The position numbers and the translations under genes are program-made. This document shows, in pieces, positions 56,617 through 64,000 of a DNA stretch of 64,000 nt. Position 1 is the stretch's first letter. The number at the start of each line of letters is the position of its first letter. The notes below the pieces were generated by a model that was not told the origin of the DNA, did not search any database, and worked only from the letters and a program-made list of their open reading frames with translations. Origin of the DNA: an uncultured virus (IMG/VR IMGVR_UViG_3300010883_027406) (Duplodnaviria > Heunggongvirae > Uroviricota > Caudoviricetes); the IMG/VR virus record IMGVR_UViG_3300010883_027406, positions 21,365 to 85,364 of that record. The stretch is one strand, 5' to 3'.

Positions 56617-57180
56617 ATGAAAACTTTCTTTGAATGGTTATTATCTGAAAATGAGGAACTCCAAGGACTTGTGCCTCAAGAAGAAATTGGAAGTGGTCAT
56701 TTTGCTACGGTGTATGCTACACAAAATCCCGACATCGTTATGCGTATGGAAAAAAGGAATGATCCAAATTCCTGCGAAAAATTCATGTCTGACCCGGCAG
56801 TTCAAGCTACCGGCGGGGTTGCAAAAATTTTTGGCACAAAAAATCAGATTACATACAAAGAAAGAGTTGATATAAATTGGTCCCAATATTTGGCTGCCAA
56901 ATACAAAGAAGTTTTAGAAAGCAAGTATGATATTGCAAAACTTCTTCGAATCATGCCTTATGGATTGGAAACTGCAAAAAAACATGGAGAAACTGCTGCC
57001 TTTTTGCAACTAGCCCTAGAAGCTTTTCGGCAGAAAGATGTTATAATTGATTTTTTACAAATCTTTAATGAAGCCGCAGGGCTTATCGAAGCCATTAACA
57101 TGGGGTTGCCATTTGATGATTTGCATTCAGATAACTTGGGGATCAATAGAAGTGGCAAACTCGTTGTAATCGATTGTTAA
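56617..57180 (+). CDS. minimal protein-kinase-like enzyme with capsid-targeting-like N-terminus
   Basis: MKTFFEWLLSE; Gly loop IGSGHFATVY; catalytic loop DLHSDNLG; LVVID. Confidence 0.75.
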   Translation: MKTFFEWLLSENEELQGLVPQEEIGSGHFATVYATQNPDIVMRMEKRNDPNSCEKFMSDPAVQATGGVAKIFGTKNQITYKERVDINWSQYLAAKYKEVLESKYDIAKLLRIMPYGLETAKKHGETAAFLQLALEAFRQKDVIIDFLQIFNEAAGLIEAINMGLPFDDLHSDNLGINRSGKLVVIDC

Positions 57181-57418
57181 GCGTGCCGACGAAATAGGGC
57201 TATTTTTTATCATTCCCTATATTGTTTGGCAGCCAAAGACCCTTTGATGCTTTGCTTTTTTTCTTATAAACCGAATGCCAAAGGATGTTGCCTAGTTGTG
57301 TTCTTTTTTTTTCGTTATCTTCTGATTCTTCTTTTTCTTTTTCTTTTAACTTGTTTAGCCAGTAGTTCTTCATATTATCCTTAATAGCTATAGGTTGTTC
57401 TGTATGTATTTATCTTTA

Positions 57419-57964
57419 TTAATTCAAGGAAGGATCTAAAGGTATGTTTTTTATTGATGCTTTTAATATCTCTAGGTATTCTGTGTTTAATATTTCGTTC
57501 CATAAACTGTCTTTTAAGTTAAAAACATATTCTAATTTTGATTCAAATATAAACCAAGAACCTGATTCAATTTCTTGTTCTATTTGACCAGTTTTCCATC
57601 GGCAATAACCTGCGAAAACTTTTAGTGTTTTTTCTTTTTTTATTATTTTATTTATTGTTTTCTTTGTTACTGTAAAATATACTTTATTTGTAATATATTC
57701 TTCTCCTAATTTTTTGTTTGTATGAATGGATATGATCGGTCCATCTATTGGCCCTCCTATATTGATTAATTGATTTGATTTTTGTTTGTAGCCAGTTGAT
57801 TCTTCCCATATTTTTTCTATTGTTGCGCTTTTTAAATACTTATCTATTATTATTCCGTATGCGCCTTTGTGGCTATGTTCTAATATTAATATTGTGCTTT
57901 TTTCGAAAATGGAATCTTTAATTTCAGGCGAAGCAACCAGTAAATACCCTCTAAGTGATTTCAT
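57419..57964 (-). CDS. YqgE/AlgH family protein
   Basis: G.LLVASP..D.IF.KS.IL..EH...GA.G.II, GGP, FAGY..W..GQ.E.EI..GSW, DPSLN. Confidence 0.92.
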   Translation of the reverse strand: MKSLRGYLLVASPEIKDSIFEKSTILILEHSHKGAYGIIIDKYLKSATIEKIWEESTGYKQKSNQLINIGGPIDGPIISIHTNKKLGEEYITNKVYFTVTKKTINKIIKKEKTLKVFAGYCRWKTGQIEQEIESGSWFIFESKLEYVFNLKDSLWNEILNTEYLEILKASIKNIPLDPSLN

Positions 57965-58036
57965 TTTTTATACTATTCTAAATTGTGAATACTATTTATT
58001 TTATCGATTTAAAGATTTCATTGGAAGAGGTATTAT

Positions 58037-58843
58037 ATGACTGGCGACGTAACTGTGGTTATAAGTTGTTGCGGCAGACCTCATAATTTAAAGGGTATTT
58101 GCCAATCCATAAGGTCACAAACGATAAAGCCAAAAGAAATATGGCTTCATTACAATGGTGATCCGGGGTCTTTATATCCGGCAAGGGGAAATCTTTTTGA
58201 TGAAGTTGTTTGTTCGACTGGGGACTTCAAATCAAGATTTGCGACTTCTCTTTGTGCCGACACTTACTATTCTCTAGTTTGTGATGATGATTGTTTTTTA
58301 GGAAATAAGTGGATTGAAAATTGTCTAAAAACAATAGAGAGATCCCCAGGAATTATTGGGCCTGTTGGAAGCGTGCTGTCGGAAAGCACCCGTATTGAAG
58401 AAGGAGTTGAAATTGTTTGTGGCAAGGATGACGTTAAGAAGATAACAGAAGTTGATTTTGTCAGTGGATCTTATTTTTTAAAGACTGAGTGGGCACGTCA
58501 TTTGTTTAGAGCAAAGACGATAGGTCGCAGTTGGGGATGTGATGGTTTCCAATTGGCGGCACGAGCGTGGTGTGCGGAGGGGGTTAGATGTTTTATGCCG
58601 CCACAACCCGCAGACAAGGAAGGCCATGGTTGTTGTTACTTCGGAATGTCGCAGCAAGATCGGCACAATCGTAAAAAATACAAAATGAAAGAATCTAAAC
58701 AAAAAAAACTTGACGCTGCTGGCTGGAAAGTTGGTTCGGCGGAAGAGTTTTTAGGAGGCCAATTGTTTGTTGATCATGAAATGGAATTAGGCTGGATGCC
58801 ACTGTGTCTTAGGAGTAGGATGTCAGATAATAATTCTATATAA
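58037..58843 (+). CDS. GT-A/GT2-like glycosyltransferase with foreign C-terminal peptide
   Basis: VTVVI...RP.NL...SI.SQT..P.EI, CDDDC, EVDFV. Confidence 0.75.
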   Translation: MTGDVTVVISCCGRPHNLKGICQSIRSQTIKPKEIWLHYNGDPGSLYPARGNLFDEVVCSTGDFKSRFATSLCADTYYSLVCDDDCFLGNKWIENCLKTIERSPGIIGPVGSVLSESTRIEEGVEIVCGKDDVKKITEVDFVSGSYFLKTEWARHLFRAKTIGRSWGCDGFQLAARAWCAEGVRCFMPPQPADKEGHGCCYFGMSQQDRHNRKKYKMKESKQKKLDAAGWKVGSAEEFLGGQLFVDHEMELGWMPLCLRSRMSDNNSI

Positions 58844-58857
58844 TATAGGAGGATTAT

Positions 58858-59463
58858 ATGTCAGCGACACTTCAGAAGAAGGTTTTGGTTCTTAATAAGT
58901 CATGGGTTGCGGTTGGTTCAGTTTCTCTCAAACGAGCCATAACACTTGTGTTTTCTGCTTATAAAGATGGTGAATCAAAGGCGAAAATAGTAGACCCTGT
59001 TAATGACTTTCAATTGTTTACTTGGAAAGATTGGTCCCAGTTTGTTCCAAGTGATGGGGAAGATTCAATAAGTAGTTCTAATTTAGTTTTTAGAGTGCCA
59101 GAAATTATTGTGTTAGGAAGGTATAATAAACTTCCTAATAGGAAGGTTTATTTTAATAGGAGGAATCTTTATCGTAGAGATAATTTTACTTGCCAGTATT
59201 GTGAGCGTAAGCTTGATTCCTCAGAGCTAACTATAGATCATATTGTTCCTAGGTCTCGTGGCGGAAAGTCTAATTGGGCCAATTGCGTTCTTGCTTGCAA
59301 TAAATGCAATGCAAAAAAAGGAAGTAGCTTTCTTTCGGAAATTGGTTTAAGTCTTATGAGAAAACCATTTAAGCCCAAATTTAACATGTTAGACATTGAC
59401 GTGAAAATTAAATCTTGGGAACATTTTCTTGGAGAAGCATATTGGAATGTTGAGCTAAAGTGA
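58858..59463 (+). CDS. HNH endonuclease (McrA-like)
   Basis: VLVLN, RRNLY.RD.FTCQYC, LTIDHIVPRSRGG...W.NCV.AC..CN..KG. Confidence 0.93.
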   Translation: MSATLQKKVLVLNKSWVAVGSVSLKRAITLVFSAYKDGESKAKIVDPVNDFQLFTWKDWSQFVPSDGEDSISSSNLVFRVPEIIVLGRYNKLPNRKVYFNRRNLYRRDNFTCQYCERKLDSSELTIDHIVPRSRGGKSNWANCVLACNKCNAKKGSSFLSEIGLSLMRKPFKPKFNMLDIDVKIKSWEHFLGEAYWNVELK

Positions 59464-59476
59464 CTCTCATAGTTCC

Positions 59477-60301
59477 ATGAGAGCTTGCGTATATTTTTCT
59501 AATCCTCATCCATTTTATATGTTCATGGTTATGAACAGTATAAAGATGCTTCGTAATTACAATCAGTCTATTCCCATCTACCTTTACCTCATTGACACTC
59601 CTGTTACCATTTTTAATAGTGAAGGCATCAATACTGGCAAATCCTTCAATGGGGTTCATTATAATTTTGATAAGTATGACAAAGGCAAAGAGTTCTTTAC
59701 AGATTTCTGCAATTTGTTTAATGTTAAGGTTGTTTACAAACCTTGGAAAAAAGATTATTTGGAATATTTTCTAATTAATAAGATTTATTTGTGTGAGTGC
59801 GAGGCTGAGTCGGTTGCTTTTTTAGATGCGGATACTTTTATTTTTAGAGATATAGAAGAATTATTTGATGCAAATCAAAAAAATGATTTTATTGCTTGTG
59901 AGAGCCATATGCCTTCTGATTGGAGTGGTGACTTTTTAGGAAGTACTGTACCATTTAACAGTGGGGTCATGTTGTTTAATAATAGTTCGCATAAAAGAAT
60001 CGGCCCTTTGTGGGCTAATCAATGTGAGGAAATTTTGCGTGGCGACACGGAGTTGTCTAGTTGGATAAAAAACGGGAACAAATGGAGGACAGAAGAGGTA
60101 TCCATTTCTAAAGTTGTTTTAGATAATGACATTGATTTTTCTTATTTTCCTAGGAGTCAAGTTTTTTTTCCCAAAATGCAAGGTGATGTAAAACTTTATT
60201 CTACAATTGTGTATCATTCTTTTACGCAAAACTGGAGGAAGATGTACAATTTATGTCAGGGAAGTTCACGTAAACTCAAAAATAGGTTTATTAAAAAATG
60301 A
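59477..60301 (+). CDS. GT8-like glycosyltransferase
   Basis: SI..LR, K..L, FLDADT...DI.ELF, FNSGVMLF, EE. Confidence 0.75.
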   Translation: MRACVYFSNPHPFYMFMVMNSIKMLRNYNQSIPIYLYLIDTPVTIFNSEGINTGKSFNGVHYNFDKYDKGKEFFTDFCNLFNVKVVYKPWKKDYLEYFLINKIYLCECEAESVAFLDADTFIFRDIEELFDANQKNDFIACESHMPSDWSGDFLGSTVPFNSGVMLFNNSSHKRIGPLWANQCEEILRGDTELSSWIKNGNKWRTEEVSISKVVLDNDIDFSYFPRSQVFFPKMQGDVKLYSTIVYHSFTQNWRKMYNLCQGSSRKLKNRFIKK

Positions 60302-61884
60302 AATACGATGTAATCATAATTGGTGGTGGTCACAATGGTTTGGTTGCTGCGGCGTTTTTAGCAAAGAAGAAACTCAAAGTATGTGTCATTGAAAAAAGCG
60401 ACGTGTTGGGAGGGTGCTGTTCTACTGAAGAACTTTGGCCTGGATTCAAGGTGTCGCCCGCTGCCTATGTCATTAGTTTATTTTCTTCGAAAATAATTAA
60501 GAGTTTGGATTTAAAGAAATATGGCTTTAAAATTCTTCCTCGCAATCCTTCTTCTTTTACGCCTTTGTCGAATGGGAAGTCTTTGGTCTTAGGGCATGAT
60601 GAAAAAGGGAATATAGAAGAGATAGGGTCATTTAGTGTCAAAGATGCAATAAGATATAAAGAATATGAAAAATATCTTACGGATGTGGCAAAGGTTCTTG
60701 AGCCTCTTATGGAGAAATCCCCTCCGGTGCTTCCTTCTCCGTGGAGAAAGCTTAGTGTAAAAAATAAAATTAGAAATATAGTTAGGTTATCTAGATCTGC
60801 TCGTGCGGTCAAAAAACTTGCTTCACTAGATGCTATTAGACTGATGAACGGTAGCGCAATGGATCTTTTGGACGAATGGTTTGAAAGCGATGTTCTTAAA
60901 GCTACGCTGGCCACAGACGCCGTCATAGGCGCCCACATGTCCCCCTCAGACGCAGGAAGTGCATATGTTCTTCTACACCATGTTATGGGCAATGCAGGCG
61001 GTCAGAGAGGCGTCTGGGGCTATGTAGAGGGAGGAATGGGAGGATTAGCGGATTCTTTGGAAAGGTGTTGTATTAATTACGGAGTAGAATTCGTAAAAGA
61101 GACCGAAGTTAGACAAATAGTAGTTAAAAATTCAAAAGTAGAGGCGGTTTTGACAGACAATGGTTATTTTGAGACCAATGTAGTTGCTTCTTCTGTCGAT
61201 GCAAATTTAACTTTTAACAAATTAATAGATGCTCCCTTGCCGGATGGGTTTTTTAATGCTGTCAATAGAATTGATTATTCGTCAGCGTCAGCTAAAGTGA
61301 ATTTGGCTTTAAGTGGGGTGCCGGAGTTCACAGCCGGAAAAAGTAGAGATATTAGTTGTTTAAATGGAACAATTCATATATCCCCATCTGTTTCTTATAT
61401 TGAAGATGCTTTTTCGGATTCAAAACAAGGAAAATTCAGTCGAAAACCTGTGTTGGAAATAACCATTCCTTCTATGGTAGATAAAACTATTGCCCCTGAG
61501 GGCAAGCATATTATGTCGATTTTTATTCAATATGCTCCTTATAAATTGTCGGGAGGATGGAATAATAAGAACAAAGATGCTTTGTTTAATACTTGTATTG
61601 AAACTGTTGGAGATTATGCTCCTAACATTAAGGACTTGATTCTTCATAAACAAGTTTTAACCCCTGTAGATTTAGAAAAAAAATATGGTCTGACGGGGGG
61701 GAATATTTTTCAGGGTGCTATGTCGGCCAATCAAATTTATTGTTTTAGACCTGTGTCTGGTTATTGTGATTATAGAACTCCTATTGAGGGCTTGTATATG
61801 TGCGGAGCGGCTACTCACCCTGGCGGAGGAGTCACAGGTCTAAGTGGAAGAAATGGTGCTTATTCTATTTTAGAGGATTATTAA
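60298..61884 (+). CDS. phytoene-dehydrogenase-like FAD oxidoreductase
   Basis: IIGGGHNGLVAAA.LA, GGMGGL, LTP.DLE...GL.GGNIFQG, RTPIEGLYMCGA.THPGGGVTG. Confidence 0.92.
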   Translation: MKYDVIIIGGGHNGLVAAAFLAKKKLKVCVIEKSDVLGGCCSTEELWPGFKVSPAAYVISLFSSKIIKSLDLKKYGFKILPRNPSSFTPLSNGKSLVLGHDEKGNIEEIGSFSVKDAIRYKEYEKYLTDVAKVLEPLMEKSPPVLPSPWRKLSVKNKIRNIVRLSRSARAVKKLASLDAIRLMNGSAMDLLDEWFESDVLKATLATDAVIGAHMSPSDAGSAYVLLHHVMGNAGGQRGVWGYVEGGMGGLADSLERCCINYGVEFVKETEVRQIVVKNSKVEAVLTDNGYFETNVVASSVDANLTFNKLIDAPLPDGFFNAVNRIDYSSASAKVNLALSGVPEFTAGKSRDISCLNGTIHISPSVSYIEDAFSDSKQGKFSRKPVLEITIPSMVDKTIAPEGKHIMSIFIQYAPYKLSGGWNNKNKDALFNTCIETVGDYAPNIKDLILHKQVLTPVDLEKKYGLTGGNIFQGAMSANQIYCFRPVSGYCDYRTPIEGLYMCGAATHPGGGVTGLSGRNGAYSILEDY

Positions 61885-62292
61885 ATGCACCCGTATAAAG
61901 GCGTTCCTGTAAAGTTTGTTTCCAAGACATGGGGCTGGGAATCTTGGATAGTCAATAAAGATGAGTATTGCGGAAAGTTACTCTTTTTTAAGAAGGGGAA
62001 GAAGTGTAGTTTCCATTACCATCAAAAGGATGAAACTTTTTATATTCAAGAGGGGAAACTAAAAGTTTGGTACTCCTTTGATGATGATTTTCCCGAAGAA
62101 AGTGGTTGTGCAATTTGGGATAATCGTGACCCCACGCAGAGAGGAATTATTGTTTTGGATGAAGGGGACACTTTTTATGTCAAGCCCCCAATGCGACATA
62201 GAATGATGGGTCTAAAAGATACGCTTGTTCTTGAATTCTCTACTAAACACTCAGATTCAGATACGGTAAGGATAATAAAAAGTGAAAATTAA
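61885..62292 (+). CDS. cupin domain protein (sugar isomerase-like)
   Basis: K.WG.E.WI.N...YCGK.L, SFHYH.KDETFY, HRM, EFST.H. Confidence 0.85.
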   Translation: MHPYKGVPVKFVSKTWGWESWIVNKDEYCGKLLFFKKGKKCSFHYHQKDETFYIQEGKLKVWYSFDDDFPEESGCAIWDNRDPTQRGIIVLDEGDTFYVKPPMRHRMMGLKDTLVLEFSTKHSDSDTVRIIKSEN

Positions 62293-63346
62293 ACCTGTAA
62301 TTGGAATTGCACTGGATTTAAATTTAGAATCTGTCAGTGGGATCAGAATTGACGATTTAATTAAGAGGTCGCTTAGGAAGCTTTATAGGGAATTGAAACA
62401 GGATTTTATATTTCATTTACATAATCCTAAATCTGATTTGTATGATGTTGAATCGAATGAAATCAATGAAAATTATTTTTCTGCCGAATTAAATGATTTT
62501 ACTCTTCCTTGCCCATTTAAATTTCAGACAGTATTGACTGGTTTGTTGGATCGTGTGGCAAATGATTGCGATAGTCCAGTTTTGGTCATTATAACAAACA
62601 GATACTTTGAAGAACAAAAATCTTGTTATGAATTAATGTTGCGTAATAATTTAAAAAAGGATTTGAATTGCAATTTTGTATTGGTGGGTGTTGGCGATAA
62701 TTATGATAAAGATTCATTTTCTAGTTTAAGTAGTTTATCGTCGCTCTGTGATTTTGTTCATTTAGAGTTAGATGAATTGGAAGAATTAAATGATACATTA
62801 TTATCATCCTTTATTCTCCATCTCACACATTGCGACCAGTTTAAACCGAGCAATGCTACATTGGTGGCACTACTTGACTCAAATAAAAAAAATATGGACA
62901 AGAACGTGCCGACACTGGATACCGCACACTATTGTGCCACGTTTGATTCTTCAGGGGGTTTTAATATTAGCGGCGATGTTGAAGTTAATGCGGATGATGA
63001 TTTGTGCGAACAAGACAAAGTTCATTGTGAAGTTGGCGGAGTTTCTTTAAAGGCTAAAGGTTGTGCGGAAGTGGATGTTGAAGTTAATGCGGATGATGAT
63101 TTGTGCGGCAAAGAAGGCATCGTCCACTCCAAAGGCGAAATGACCTTGAAAACCCACGATGCTACTGACAAAGTTCATTGTGAAGTTGGCGAAGTTTCTT
63201 TAAAGGCTAAAGGTTGTGCGGAAGTGGATGTGGTTGCTAAAAAATCAGTCAAGTCAATGAAGCGAACAACAAAGAAGCCAACAAAGAAGCCAACAAAGAA
63301 AAAAGTAAATAAAAAATCAAATAATACAAGTGAAGAGGATAAGTGA
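62282..63346 (+). CDS. hypothetical protein, degenerate vWA-like N-terminus and repetitive C-terminus
   Basis: IALD, LVIITN, VLVGVG strands; duplicated Cys-containing segments and KKPT repeats. Confidence 0.6.
   Translation: MKIKPVIGIALDLNLESVSGIRIDDLIKRSLRKLYRELKQDFIFHLHNPKSDLYDVESNEINENYFSAELNDFTLPCPFKFQTVLTGLLDRVANDCDSPVLVIITNRYFEEQKSCYELMLRNNLKKDLNCNFVLVGVGDNYDKDSFSSLSSLSSLCDFVHLELDELEELNDTLLSSFILHLTHCDQFKPSNATLVALLDSNKKNMDKNVPTLDTAHYCATFDSSGGFNISGDVEVNADDDLCEQDKVHCEVGGVSLKAKGCAEVDVEVNADDDLCGKEGIVHSKGEMTLKTHDATDKVHCEVGEVSLKAKGCAEVDVVAKKSVKSMKRTTKKPTKKPTKKKVNKKSNNTSEEDK
62975..63300. repeat. interleaved coding duplications plus 12-bp repeats
   Basis: DVEVNADDDLC x2, DKVHCEVG.VSLKAKGCAEVDV x2, ACAAAGAAGCCA repeats. 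Confidence 0.9.
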
Positions 63347-64000
63347 AAACTTCAAAGCCAAACCCTGTAAAGCACTATGCGTTTTTCAATTCTAATGTAG
63401 ATATAATAATACCTTTCCATAATCAACAAAGCAAAGTTGCTCGTTTAGTCGATAGTATAATTGTAAATGTTAAAAGCAACCGAATTAGGTTCATATTGGT
63501 AGATGACGCATCTGCTGATAAGAATTTTGTTTCAGATTTTAATCCCGTTCCGTACATCACAGCGGTCAGGACGGATGAGCGAGTTGGATTTGGTGGCGCA
63601 TTAAAAATTGGTTTTGAAAATAGTAAATCTCCGTGGCTGTGTTTTGTCCATTCAGATTGTGTTGTTGAAAATTCACAATGGTTAATTGCTTTAATGCAGA
63701 CAATGTCTAATCTTAAAGACGAAGGAGTCAAATTGGTTTCTTCTAGGTCTAACAATCCTCAAATTGGCGACAAAAGGCTTGAGGGGAAAATAGATGATCA
63801 TGTTGAAGATGTTATTTTAGATGATACTTTTGTTCCTTTATATTCTGCCTTGTGTCATAGAGAATTGTTTTCTAATGTTAATGGGTTTATAAAATCATAT
63901 CCTTATGCCGGATACGAGGATGAGGAGTTTTATTATAGGATGAAAAGATATGGATTTAAGCAAGCCATATGTGCAAAGAGTTGGATTTGGCATGAGGGAA
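63343..64000 (+). CDS. glycosyltransferase family 2 (partial, runs off window; not in ORF track)
   Basis: GTG overlaps upstream TGA; VDIIIPFHN, ILVDDAS, GFGGA..G, FVHSD, GYED.EF..R...GF. Confidence 0.85.
   Translation, partial: MKTSKPNPVKHYAFFNSNVDIIIPFHNQQSKVARLVDSIIVNVKSNRIRFILVDDASADKNFVSDFNPVPYITAVRTDERVGFGGALKIGFENSKSPWLCFVHSDCVVENSQWLIALMQTMSNLKDEGVKLVSSRSNNPQIGDKRLEGKIDDHVEDVILDDTFVPLYSALCHRELFSNVNGFIKSYPYAGYEDEEFYYRMKRYGFKQAICAKSWIWHEG

Noticed and set aside
51807-57180. Integrated element at tRNA-Glu
   Set aside because: No integrase and no duplicated tRNA 3' end seen in the window.
58858-59463. Mobile homing endonuclease
   Set aside because: Resembles the stand-alone McrA-like HNH family with VLVLN N-terminus and does not interrupt a gene.
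60298-61884. Carotenoid biosynthesis (crtI)
   Set aside because: Belongs to the broad phytoene-dehydrogenase-like oxidoreductase group; no crtB/crtE nearby, substrate unknown.
1-64000. Stop-codon reassignment as in some huge phages
   Set aside because: Conserved genes are full length in code 11, and TAA, TAG and TGA all end genes at expected positions.

Overview
AT-rich, densely coding 64 kb segment (standard genetic code, mostly + strand) that reads as part of a very large (jumbo/huge) tailed-phage genome rather than a cellular chromosome. Host-like auxiliary genes sit outside their usual operons, mixed with phage-type genes (PhoH, dCMP deaminase, GroES without GroEL, dUTPase-like, amidoligase, HNH, minimal sigma factor, glycosyltransferases, putative virion proteins). 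No capsid, terminase or portal gene lies in the window, so the phage call is inference. A Planctomycetota-like host is a tentative guess from recalled similarity. Recognisable content: PrkA/YeaG-YeaH-SpoVR trio plus ClpP, DnaE in two pieces flanking a tmRNA, DHH phosphoesterase, bS21, peptide deformylase, IDO, ThDP 2-oxo-acid decarboxylase, IscA, ALDH, UDP-sugar dehydrogenase, GroES, DnaJ, RmlA, class I aldolase, RimI-like GNAT, tRNA-Glu. Most notable observations: (1) an intein-free split DnaE whose halves overlap by a reciprocally degenerated palm segment; (2) unrelated proteins (kinase, zinc protease, basic peptides) sharing an N-terminal tag like the T4 capsid-targeting sequence; (3) a TAnATA-N5-ATG motif implying leaderless transcripts; (4) a 1217-aa protein with Russian-doll A-A-A-B-B-B self-nested domains, whose AB module occurs singly in a second protein; (5) a possible Trp-catabolic/auxin set (IDO, IpdC-like, ALDH). 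All functional calls rest on motif recognition by eye, with no database searches.
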